From positions 1 to 64,000 of the IMG/VR virus record IMGVR_UViG_3300042520_002054: a stretch of 64,000 nucleotides of DNA. One strand, given 5' to 3'. Of this stretch, positions 47,605 through 56,116 are shown in pieces (the stretch's first letter is position 1; the number at the start of each line of letters is the position of its first letter). The translations under genes were made by a program, and so were the position numbers. This DNA comes from a virus. The notes under the pieces are model-generated. The model ran no database searches. It was given only the letters and a program-made list of their open reading frames with translations, and was not told the DNA's origin.

Positions 47605-48337
47605 TTTAGAACAACACAACTTTATTGTAGAAAATGTACCGGGCTTTTCATTTATGACTGCAGCTCGTGCATGGAAAACTAAATATGAAGATTATGCCGA
47701 GTTTCAAAATACTGTAATTACTAATGAATCTTACAATGAACTTGCAGAAGTTATGCATGAAATGTGGGATTCATTACCTGTATTAACAGTAGCTGAAGCT
47801 TTACAAGAATCTAACACTGAAAAACGTAGGGTTTATTTCAACGCTATAGGTGTTATTAAACTATTTAAAGAACTTGAACCTGAACTTCTTGATCGTCAAG
47901 AAATTGAAAAAGAAAGACAGCGTTGGGATTTAGATAATGCTCCTTATACTCATAAGTTTAAAGACATATACGAGCTTTACAGAATTCCTGCTGAAAAACT
48001 TTATGCAGGTGCTCAGTCTCGATTTGGTAGAACTAGTTTAGAAAATTCTAATGATGCTTTTGCAGTTCGCTGCTGGTGCACTACAACTAATCGTGAATAT
48101 TGGTTGTATGTTCCAAGAGAAGCTGCATTGGGATCAGAGTGGTGGAGAAAAGAAGATACTAAACCAGATGCTATTAGAGCTATTGCATGGACTATTCGAG
48201 TAGATCACAATAATCTTGAAAGAATTTACCGACAAGGTGATATAATTGTTGTGAAGCTATCAGATAAGTCAGAAAAGGTCCGACCTTATCATCTTTCAAA
48301 AGAAGATTATCTCTCATTAATGTATTCAGAAACTTGA
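47588..48337 (+). CDS. DUF6745-like protein
   Basis: N.EKRRV...G...YELYR...C.TT.REYWLYVP...AIAWT...RQGD. Confidence 0.6.
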   Translation: MTTVNNLEQHNFIVENVPGFSFMTAARAWKTKYEDYAEFQNTVITNESYNELAEVMHEMWDSLPVLTVAEALQESNTEKRRVYFNAIGVIKLFKELEPELLDRQEIEKERQRWDLDNAPYTHKFKDIYELYRIPAEKLYAGAQSRFGRTSLENSNDAFAVRCWCTTTNREYWLYVPREAALGSEWWRKEDTKPDAIRAIAWTIRVDHNNLERIYRQGDIIVVKLSDKSEKVRPYHLSKEDYLSLMYSET

Positions 48338-48342
48338 TAATT

Positions 48343-48483
48343 ATGGAAGAACTTATTCCCGAACATATAATTGTTCCTGTCTATTATTTTATCGATGAAG
48401 ATGGTAAAGCTCATTTCGATATAGATGAAATGAGTGATTACTTTGCTAACGAAATTGATAAACTTGAAAAAATCAATAATTAA
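48343..48483 (+). CDS. 46-aa acidic microprotein (not in ORF track)
   Basis: MEELIPEHIIVPVYYFIDEDGKAHFDIDEMSDYFANEIDKLEKINN*; fills the operon gap. Confidence 0.6.
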   Translation: MEELIPEHIIVPVYYFIDEDGKAHFDIDEMSDYFANEIDKLEKINN

Positions 48484-48794
48484 TGGTACAAAAATTTCAA
48501 TTTATGAAACAATCTAAAAATTATCAGTCTTCAGCAAAACGTATTGTTTTGGGTGAAGGTGAAGTTGTAGGTCACAAGCACGTACTGGAATCACTAAAAG
48601 CGATTTCATTTACAGAAAACGGTGAAACTGAGTCATGGAATAGTATTCCATCAATTGATTTCTTGCTTGAAGGTACTGGTGTTCTTACTCATGATGAGCA
48701 TGATCGAATGGTATTTGAAAGTGGTAACTATGTTAGTTACAATCAAGTAGAATTTAACCCTTTTGACCAAACTATTTCTAGAGTATTTGATTGA
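48483..48794 (+). CDS. Small His-motif beta protein
   Basis: LGEGEVVGHKH...LTHDEHD...G.Y....QVEF. Confidence 0.65.
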   Translation: MVQKFQFMKQSKNYQSSAKRIVLGEGEVVGHKHVLESLKAISFTENGETESWNSIPSIDFLLEGTGVLTHDEHDRMVFESGNYVSYNQVEFNPFDQTISRVFD

Positions 48795-48834
48795 TTAAAA
48801 AGGGGTGGTGTAAAAGCCACCCCAATTTTAAACT

Positions 48835-49044
48835 ATGTTTGAAATTGTTAAACTATCTAAAAAGCTTACACCGCAAGAAATGGCAGATGATTACATAATC
48901 CGACACGGTGAAGCAGCATATGCTCAATTTGCAACTGTTGTTAACTTCCTAGAAGTTAGTCAAGCAACAAGCATGGAATATTTCTATGAGGTAAAAAACA
49001 TCATAAAAGAGCGACAAAGTTCTCCAAATAGAGTATATTTGTAG
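48835..49044 (+). CDS. Hypothetical protein
   Basis: ORF track. Confidence 0.6.
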   Translation: MFEIVKLSKKLTPQEMADDYIIRHGEAAYAQFATVVNFLEVSQATSMEYFYEVKNIIKERQSSPNRVYL

Positions 49045-49082
49045 ACCTTAATAATCTTTTTTGTGAAAAAATCACAATAATC

Positions 49083-49346
49083 ATGATATATAGTAATCAT
49101 ACTCCAAAACCTACTGAAATAACTATTAGTCATCACGGTACAAAAGTTACTGTAGAACTACCCTGGGATTCTAGTTTAGATGAAGTCTATAACGCGCTTC
49201 GTGGTCTTTTAATCACAGTCGGATGGTCTGATTCACAAGTTGATAGTGAAATCTTGTCTCAAGCTGAATATGTAAATGAGAAAATTTCATATAAAGAAGG
49301 TGAAGATTTACTAAACAATGAAGAAGCTTCTGACGATAATGATTAA
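49083..49346 (+). CDS. Hypothetical protein
   Basis: ORF track. Confidence 0.6.
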   Translation: MIYSNHTPKPTEITISHHGTKVTVELPWDSSLDEVYNALRGLLITVGWSDSQVDSEILSQAEYVNEKISYKEGEDLLNNEEASDDND

Positions 49347-49409
49347 AGTTTAATTTTTTTTCAATAATTGTACTAATAGTACATAATTCAGCAAAAATTT
49401 AAACCAATA

Positions 49410-49649
49410 ATGTTAAGTAATACTAACTGTCATCACTGTATTCATTCTAAAAAGAATACAGAATACAATTCCGCACATATACATTGTAAACTTTACTGGT
49501 CGTATTATAAAAAACAGAAATACTCACATCCTAAAGCAGGGGAACATGCTATAAAAAATGGATGGTGGGATTTTCCATACGACTATGATCCTATTTGGAT
49601 GGAAAACGATTGTAATCATTTTGAAGAAAAACCTAAAACAAATATTTAA
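49410..49649 (+). CDS. Small Cys/His-rich protein
   Basis: CHHC...HIHC...GWWDFP..YDP.W...C..F. Confidence 0.6.
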   Translation: MLSNTNCHHCIHSKKNTEYNSAHIHCKLYWSYYKKQKYSHPKAGEHAIKNGWWDFPYDYDPIWMENDCNHFEEKPKTNI

Positions 49650-49652
49650 GTC

Positions 49653-50081
49653 ATGAGTATCCGTGTTGCATGTAAAAAACTTCACCCTGATGCTGTTATT
49701 CCTCAATACGCAAAAGCGGGTGATGCTGGACTAGATTTAGTAGCAACTAAAATTATAAATCAAGACAACCAGCAAGTTACATATGGTACAGATTTAGCTG
49801 TAGAAATACCTGAAGGTTATGTTGGTTTAATCTTTCCTCGAAGCTCTATACGTAAGTATGAGTTATCTCTTAGTAACTCTGTAGGAGTTATTGATAGTGG
49901 ATACCGTGGGGAGATTCAAGCAACCTTTAACACCAGATTTTATGGTGAAATTGTATACAAAAAAGGTGACAAAATTGCTCAGCTTGTAATTATTCCTTAT
50001 CCCCAAATTCTAATGTATGAATCAGATGAACTCTCAGAATCAGAACGGGGAACAGGTGGTTTCGGATCAACTGGTAACTAA
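49653..50081 (+). CDS. dut: Trimeric dUTPase
   Basis: AGLDL, PRSS, GVIDSGYRGEI, IAQLV, RGTGGFGSTG. Confidence 0.97.
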   Translation: MSIRVACKKLHPDAVIPQYAKAGDAGLDLVATKIINQDNQQVTYGTDLAVEIPEGYVGLIFPRSSIRKYELSLSNSVGVIDSGYRGEIQATFNTRFYGEIVYKKGDKIAQLVIIPYPQILMYESDELSESERGTGGFGSTGN

Positions 50082-50448
50082 AGAATATACTGGACAGATA
50101 GAGATAAGAGACCTTAATATGGCTCTCTATCTCTATACTTTCCGGTACGGTAAACAGTTAATACAGGATCTTTATGTAGTTCTATCAAAGAAATTACATT
50201 GGGATAAACCAGACATTCTTGCAAGAATGATATTCTGCAGAATGGTACCACCTGAAGAACTATATTCTGATACAGGCTTTGGAATAAGCTTGGTAAGCTA
50301 TTTAAATGTAGATGTTAAAATAGTAATTAATTGTGAGCTTCAGATAGTAAGTGTATTCTCTAAAGGGAATAAAGCACCTGTATGGTCAGGAACTTTTCAA
50401 AAGTTTATTGATGAGTATACATTCCCTGAAGCTAAATTAGATTTGTAA
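50017..50448 (+). CDS. Hypothetical protein
   Basis: ORF track; overlaps the 3' end of dut. Confidence 0.55.
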   Translation: MNQMNSQNQNGEQVVSDQLVTKEYTGQIEIRDLNMALYLYTFRYGKQLIQDLYVVLSKKLHWDKPDILARMIFCRMVPPEELYSDTGFGISLVSYLNVDVKIVINCELQIVSVFSKGNKAPVWSGTFQKFIDEYTFPEAKLDL

Positions 50449-50537
50449 AATATCAGTGATTACATATCTTCGGTGAAATAATAAGTGACCACACTTGTGA
50501 TTTTGTGAGATAGTAAACTGATTTTTAACATATTACC

Positions 50538-50567
50538 GTCGCGGGTTCGAGTCCCGTCCGGTCCGCA
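50538..50567 (+). other. Putative attP core: 3' half of a bacterial tRNA-Asp gene
   Basis: GTCGCGGGTTCGAGTCCCGTCCGGTCCGCA is a T-arm plus 3' acceptor strand with no 5' half upstream; 140 nt upstream of the integrase; flanked by GTGAC/GTCAC repeats. Confidence 0.8.
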
Positions 50568-50706
50568 AAGTATTGTAAATCAATACATTGCAGTTAAAAA
50601 ATGTCACAAATATTTAAAAAATTGTGACATCAGGTGTAAATATCAGTGTAAAAAACTGGTGTGATAAAAGTGGTCACGTATAAGTAAGTCACTAATACTT
50701 ACACAT

Positions 50707-51843
50707 ATGCAGATCACTTTTATCACAAGGCACCAAAGCAAAAAGTCGGGTCTTTCAACCTTGTATGCAAGAATCAGTTTTAGCTCAGAAATTGTAGAAA
50801 TTAAACTACTATTAAAAGCAGGTCCTAACTGGAAAACAGATATAGGAATTAACACTTATTTGAATAAAGTCAGAGAAGAGTTAAATGCTATTTATTATCA
50901 AATGAGCTTAAAGTCTTTACAGATTTCTCCAAAACTTATTAAAAGCGAGTTTGCTAAAAAGACTAAAGTTTATAGTCTATTTGAAGTCTATGACACTTTT
51001 GTTACTAAAATTATTGATTCCAGAATTAAACAGAATGAAATAACTCAGGTGGTAAAAAACAAATACACCTATACTAGAAATCATTTGCAAGATTTTATAG
51101 AATGTAATTTTAGAACAAGTGATATTCCTATCAAGAATATATCACCCCTATTTGTGTCAGATTTTGAAATATTTTTAAGACAGTTTTGTAACCATAACTC
51201 AGCTCTCAAACACTTACACAGGTTAAAATCTGTTGTAATGTATTCTATCAACATTATTAAGTGTTTAGATACAAATCCGTTTGAGCAAAAAATATTAAAA
51301 TTTCAGAAGAATAACCCTGTACATCTTACAATAGATGAGATTAATAAAATAAAAAATAAAAACTTATCTGATAGACTTGACAAAGTAAGAGATGTTTTTT
51401 TATTTCAATGTTATACAGGACTATCTTATAGTGATATTAAATCATTAACTATAGATAACATTGATCTTGATAAAAAGATTATTAGAAAATATAGGGTTAA
51501 AACAAATGTAGAAAGCGTAATCTTTTTGCTAGAACCTGCCTGGAAAATACTTAATAAGTATGATTACAAGCTGCCAATACCTACTAACCAGAAAATGAAT
51601 GCTTATCTAAAAGAGATAAGTACTATTTGTTATATATCAAAATCCTTAACTACTCATACTGCACGACATAGTTTTGCAACATTGTCGTTATCCAATGAAA
51701 TACCAATTAATGTTGTGTCAAAAATGATGGGACATACATCTATCAAATACACAGAACATTATGCAAAGACTTTAGATAATGATATTATAAAACATAACGA
51801 AAAAATGTCTAATCTATTTTCTGACAAATTTGGTTTAAACTAA
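50707..51843 (+). CDS. int: Tyrosine integrase, Bacteroidota type
   Basis: N-terminal arm-binding-like LYARISF, SAM-like core, FLFQCYTGLSYSDI, R.KT, HTARHSFAT, MGHTSIKYTEHYA. Confidence 0.93.
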   Translation: MQITFITRHQSKKSGLSTLYARISFSSEIVEIKLLLKAGPNWKTDIGINTYLNKVREELNAIYYQMSLKSLQISPKLIKSEFAKKTKVYSLFEVYDTFVTKIIDSRIKQNEITQVVKNKYTYTRNHLQDFIECNFRTSDIPIKNISPLFVSDFEIFLRQFCNHNSALKHLHRLKSVVMYSINIIKCLDTNPFEQKILKFQKNNPVHLTIDEINKIKNKNLSDRLDKVRDVFLFQCYTGLSYSDIKSLTIDNIDLDKKIIRKYRVKTNVESVIFLLEPAWKILNKYDYKLPIPTNQKMNAYLKEISTICYISKSLTTHTARHSFATLSLSNEIPINVVSKMMGHTSIKYTEHYAKTLDNDIIKHNEKMSNLFSDKFGLN

Positions 51844-51847
51844 ACAA

Positions 51848-52243
51848 TTGTCTAAATTGTGTACAATTTGGATAACTAAAATGTATTTACTTATGGCGAA
51901 AAAAAAGTTAAGTGAACAGCAATTGCACAAGATGGAATCTTTGCTAAGAGAAGGTAAAACACCAGAAGATTTATCCAACTATTTTGGAATAGCAATCAGT
52001 TCTATTCACAATTATAAGCGTATGCTTAAAGAAAAAGGTATTGAGTTACCTAATATTCGTGGTCAAAGACCTAAAGGTATTGAAATACCTAGCGAATCTA
52101 TTCAAAGCTTATCAGATCATGATAAAAACTCTATTCTATTACAGAGTTATATTCATCTTATAGTCAACCGCACCGATTTTTATGTGAAAGCAAGTGCAAA
52201 AACTATCAAAGTTGATGAAAATCAAATAAGTGTTGACTTTTAA
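51848..52243 (+). CDS. HTH DNA-binding protein (repressor or directionality-factor candidate)
   Basis: GKTPEDLSNYFGIAISSIHNYKR helix-turn-helix; likely start at MAKKKL; follows the integrase. Confidence 0.65.
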   Translation: MSKLCTIWITKMYLLMAKKKLSEQQLHKMESLLREGKTPEDLSNYFGIAISSIHNYKRMLKEKGIELPNIRGQRPKGIEIPSESIQSLSDHDKNSILLQSYIHLIVNRTDFYVKASAKTIKVDENQISVDF

Positions 52244-52263
52244 ACAATATAAAAATCTAAAGG

Positions 52264-52293
52264 AAACCGGTCAAATTACTGACCGGTTTTTTT
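52264..52293 (+). terminator. Rho-independent terminator closing the integrase-HTH unit
   Basis: AAACCGGTCA-AATTAC-TGACCGGTTT-TTTT. Confidence 0.8.
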
Positions 52294-52334
52294 ATTAGCG
52301 ATATATTCCGTTTTTTGTAGAACTTAATGTATAT

Positions 52335-52667
52335 TTGTTCTACAATATGGTTAACTTAGCTGTCATAATTCTGAGAATCATGATAGTGAGTTTACCTAAT
52401 GGTAAAGTCGTTGAAATGAGTTTAGAGCAGTATCTCAGAATGACCGATGAAGATTTTCAATTCATGGTAGCTCAAAACTGGGGAGAGGAAGTTAACAATC
52501 CTTTTCATGGTTCTGTACTAGAAGATGGCGAATTCGCTGAAATTCCAATTCCTGAAACATTTGCTGAAGAAATTAGAATTGAAGATGAGTTCGAAGATCT
52601 TACCGACATCGATCCTTCTGAAAAACTCTCTGATGACGATTTCATTGACGATAACCTGGAAATATAA
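52335..52667 (+). CDS. Small acidic protein
   Basis: Likely start at MIVSLPNGK; very D/E-rich C-half. Confidence 0.65.
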   Translation: MFYNMVNLAVIILRIMIVSLPNGKVVEMSLEQYLRMTDEDFQFMVAQNWGEEVNNPFHGSVLEDGEFAEIPIPETFAEEIRIEDEFEDLTDIDPSEKLSDDDFIDDNLEI

Positions 52668-52718
52668 TAAGCTAAAAATAAAAGCTTAACAATCAATGAA
52701 AACATTGATCAGGAACTC

Positions 52719-53138
52719 TTGTCTATGATTCAACCTAAATTAAAAACTTGTGCTGGCTGCGGTGAACAAAAAGTTATATGGAAAAACTTTGAAGGAGATA
52801 AGTACTGCAAAGATTGTTGGTACCGTAAAGAAACTCCTAAGTTCCCTGCAAAGAGCAATATTAAATCTGTTTCAGATAAACGTAAACCCCTCGATGATTT
52901 ATATAGTGTTTTACGAAGAAAATTCTTATCCGAACCCGGAAGACAATGCTGTGCTGCTAAATTATCAGGTTGTCAGGGATGCGGACCAGAAATTCTTACA
53001 ATACACCATAAACGGGGACGAGGAAAATATTACCTCGACACATCTACCTGGGTTCAGTTATGTCTCAACTGTCACAAATGGGTAGAAGAGCATCCAAAAG
53101 AAGCAAAAGAATTAAACCTTTCCGAATCTAGAGTATAA
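52719..53138 (+). CDS. HNH-type/Zn-binding nuclease-like protein
   Basis: CAGC, CKDC, TIHHKRGR...LCLNCHKWVEEH. Confidence 0.7.
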   Translation: MSMIQPKLKTCAGCGEQKVIWKNFEGDKYCKDCWYRKETPKFPAKSNIKSVSDKRKPLDDLYSVLRRKFLSEPGRQCCAAKLSGCQGCGPEILTIHHKRGRGKYYLDTSTWVQLCLNCHKWVEEHPKEAKELNLSESRV

Positions 53139-53161
53139 CAATTAATTTTTAAATCAAAACT

Positions 53162-53497
53162 ATGAGAACATTTGTAGGTTATTATTGCCTTGGTGCAACA
53201 TCTAAAGAAGATGCACTTGCAGAAAAAGGATTCTGTTTGTGGTATGAAGTAAAACCAAACAGTCTTCGTCGCTTTTTAATGTTGAAATTACTTGGATTTT
53301 TCTGGGTTGACAAAACTAGAACTGTTGGTGGTAATCAAGAGTCTAATGAAAAGTCTCAGAAAAATCTGCAAACTAATCCTGGACCTAAAAAACAACGTGG
53401 TCCACGTAAACAACCTGTAGCTCTTGCACAAACTCCAGTAGAAGAAGTTCAAGATGCTCCTGTAATTAAAAGAACTCCCCGACAACCAATCAGATAA
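53162..53497 (+). CDS. Hypothetical protein
   Basis: ORF track; coupled to the helicase. Confidence 0.6.
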   Translation: MRTFVGYYCLGATSKEDALAEKGFCLWYEVKPNSLRRFLMLKLLGFFWVDKTRTVGGNQESNEKSQKNLQTNPGPKKQRGPRKQPVALAQTPVEEVQDAPVIKRTPRQPIR

Positions 53498-54600
53498 TGA
53501 ATAATCGCGAGACCATCCAGCAACAGGCTTTAGAATCTGTTGCTGGTAAAACTCGCAGCGGTCTTGGAATTTCTATGGGTGTAGGTAAAACTCTCATAGG
53601 ATTAAAACATATGAATGACTTGTATGTCAATCATGGATTGCGCAAATTCTTAGTTGTAGCACCCAAAAAGTCTATTTTTACGACTTGGGTTGATGACGCT
53701 AAGAAGTTTGCGCTTTTTCATTTAGAAGACTGTATGGAGTTTACTACATACTTAAGTCTTACTAAAAAAGATCACGCTGCGTATGATGCTATTTATCTAG
53801 ACGAATGTCACAGTCTACTTTATTCTCATGAGTTGTGGTTAGCAACTTTTGGTGGAATAATTTTAGGACTGACGGGTACACCTCCTCGTTTTAAAAACAG
53901 CGAGAAAGGGTACATGGTAGACCGCTTCTGCCCTATTGTATATACTTATATTACTGACGATGCTGTTGAAGACGGTATTTTAAATGACTATCGGATTATA
54001 ATTCATCCTATTGAGCTTTCTGATAGAAAAGATTATCTCGTTAAGACAACAAAAAAAGAATTTTACTCAAGCGAGAAAGCTAATTATGCTTACTGGTGCG
54101 AGAGAGTTCACAATGCTGTTGGTCCAAAAGATGAGCAGATTACAAGAATAATGAGAATGACTTCACTAATGGGGTATCCTGGTAAGATGCGTTATGCTAA
54201 AAGACTTCTTCAAACTATTGAAGGTAAGTGTTTAGTTTTCTGTAACACACAAGCTCAAGCGGATAGTATTTTACCAAACAGTTATCATAGTAATAACCAA
54301 TACAGTGAAGAAAATCTTATTGCATTTAAAACCGGTGAGATTGACAGATTAAGTTGTGTTCTTTCTCTTAACGAAGGTGTTAATATACCTGAACTACGAT
54401 CATGTATTATTATGCATGCTTATAGTAATGAGAGAAAAAGTACACAAAGAATAGGTCGACTATTACGTCTTAGTCCAGATGAAACAGCAACAATACATAT
54501 TCTTATGTATAAGAATACAATTGATGAAACCTGGGTTAACAAAGCATTAGAAGACTTAGATCCTACAAAAATCCAAATCTTAGAAAATACTTATGCATAA
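53497..54600 (+). CDS. Superfamily 2 (DExH) helicase
   Basis: MGVGKT, DECH, GLTGTP, LNEGVNIP, QRIGRLLR. Confidence 0.9.
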   Translation: MNNRETIQQQALESVAGKTRSGLGISMGVGKTLIGLKHMNDLYVNHGLRKFLVVAPKKSIFTTWVDDAKKFALFHLEDCMEFTTYLSLTKKDHAAYDAIYLDECHSLLYSHELWLATFGGIILGLTGTPPRFKNSEKGYMVDRFCPIVYTYITDDAVEDGILNDYRIIIHPIELSDRKDYLVKTTKKEFYSSEKANYAYWCERVHNAVGPKDEQITRIMRMTSLMGYPGKMRYAKRLLQTIEGKCLVFCNTQAQADSILPNSYHSNNQYSEENLIAFKTGEIDRLSCVLSLNEGVNIPELRSCIIMHAYSNERKSTQRIGRLLRLSPDETATIHILMYKNTIDETWVNKALEDLDPTKIQILENTYA

Positions 54601-54976
54601 CGAAATAATTCGATTTGCTATAAAAGAAGGACAGCTTGTACCAGCTAACTCTGTTGAGGAAGCAAAGTACAAGCTGTTCCTTAAAACGCTTCATGAAGGT
54701 GATACTATTGAAGCATTTATGAACTTGCATAAAGCAGATAAAACTTTAAGTCAAGTTGCATATGCACATGTCCTTATCCGTGAACTTGCCAACTACACAG
54801 GTCATTCATTTGAGGAAATGAAAGCACATGTAAAAGAAAAAACAGGATTGTATATAAAAACTCATGAAGGAAGAACTACTTATAAAAGTCTAGCAGACTG
54901 CTCTAAAGGAGAACTTTCTAATGTAATTGAAACCTGTTTACAAATTGGTAATGATATTGGATGCTACTTACGCTAA
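54593..54976 (+). CDS. NinB-like hypothetical protein
   Basis: T.SQ..Y.H.LIRELA..TG.SFEEMK...KS.A..SK.E. Confidence 0.5.
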   Translation: MHNEIIRFAIKEGQLVPANSVEEAKYKLFLKTLHEGDTIEAFMNLHKADKTLSQVAYAHVLIRELANYTGHSFEEMKAHVKEKTGLYIKTHEGRTTYKSLADCSKGELSNVIETCLQIGNDIGCYLR

Positions 54977-55291
54977 ATCTTCGTCGGTAGCATCTCGTAC
55001 AAAACCTTTTTCTTTTGCTAGTTTTTCAAACTCGTAGACAAAAATCAAACATGTTTCATAATGCTGTACCCAAGGAGTACTAATCTTTTGATTTTGGATT
55101 TCTTGATGCGCATTATTAATAATTTCCGCATCCAATTGACCTTCTTTCATAGCATTTTGATTGACAATAAACTCTGTCAAAGCAACCATGCGCGACTGAA
55201 AGCCGGCAGATATCTCCATAGATACAATAGCTGAGCTATCAATTACTTGAATTTTTTCCTCTTTTGGGTTTTGAGGTGTGGTTGTTTTCAT
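54968..55291 (-). CDS. Hypothetical protein, lone minus-strand gene in the replication block
   Basis: 107 aa ORF with its own TACATTTGTAGAAC promoter at 55307-55320. Confidence 0.7.
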   Translation of the reverse strand: MKTTTPQNPKEEKIQVIDSSAIVSMEISAGFQSRMVALTEFIVNQNAMKEGQLDAEIINNAHQEIQNQKISTPWVQHYETCLIFVYEFEKLAKEKGFVRDATDEDLA

Positions 55292-55365
55292 ACATGTTTT
55301 TTATAAGTTCTACAAATGTAGCAATAAACGTATATAATATCAACTTATTATACAGAATTATAAAA

Positions 55366-56082
55366 ATGGCAACAACAAAACCAAACTGTGAAGAGATAGC
55401 TGAAAAGCTTTCTCAGAAACTTAAACAATCTGGCTGGTCAGACATACTAAAAAGCTTTCTGGTCAGCAATGAATTCAAAAATATTTTCTGCACTCTTGAA
55501 CAAACTGTTCAGGATGGTAACAGATTTACGCCACCATTAAAGGATGTTTTTCGTGCTTTTGAAGAGTGTCCTTATGACAAACTAAGGGTTGTCATTGTAG
55601 GTCAAGATCCGTACCCACAAATCGGTGTAGCTGATGGAATAGCTTTTTCTTGTTCTAAAACAGGGAAACCTGAAGCATCTTTGAGGTATATACAAGAAGC
55701 TATACAACGCACTGTATATCAAGATACTAAGATTGAACAATCACCAGATTTAGCTAGATGGTCTAACCAAGGTGTTTTAATGTTGAACACAGCTCTTACA
55801 ACAGAAGTTGGTAAGATAGGTCGACACTACGACATTTGGTATCCCTTCATTGTATTTCTCATAGATATACTTAACCACAAACGTAATGATATTACGTGGA
55901 TATTTATGGGGAAAAAAGCGGCAGAATTCGGGGATTTTCTCTTGTTTAATCCGAATAAACTATTTTGTTCCCATCCAGCTAGTGCTGCTTACGCTAAACA
56001 GCAGCAATGGGATTGCTCAGACGTATTCAACAAATGTAATCAATTACAAGAATCATCAGGACTACCACCAATAACCTGGTAA
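55366..56082 (+). CDS. ung: Uracil-DNA glycosylase, family 1
   Basis: VVIVGQDPY, ADGIAFS, QGVLMLNTALT, SHPAS; start taken at MATTK. Confidence 0.93.
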   Translation: MATTKPNCEEIAEKLSQKLKQSGWSDILKSFLVSNEFKNIFCTLEQTVQDGNRFTPPLKDVFRAFEECPYDKLRVVIVGQDPYPQIGVADGIAFSCSKTGKPEASLRYIQEAIQRTVYQDTKIEQSPDLARWSNQGVLMLNTALTTEVGKIGRHYDIWYPFIVFLIDILNHKRNDITWIFMGKKAAEFGDFLLFNPNKLFCSHPASAAYAKQQQWDCSDVFNKCNQLQESSGLPPITW

Positions 56083-56116
56083 TATTTTAGAGAATTTCTT
56101 GTTGTAGTTCTACATT

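Noticed and set aside
50538-50567. Possible fourth tRNA gene
   Set aside because: Only the T-arm and 3' acceptor strand are present; treated as an att core.
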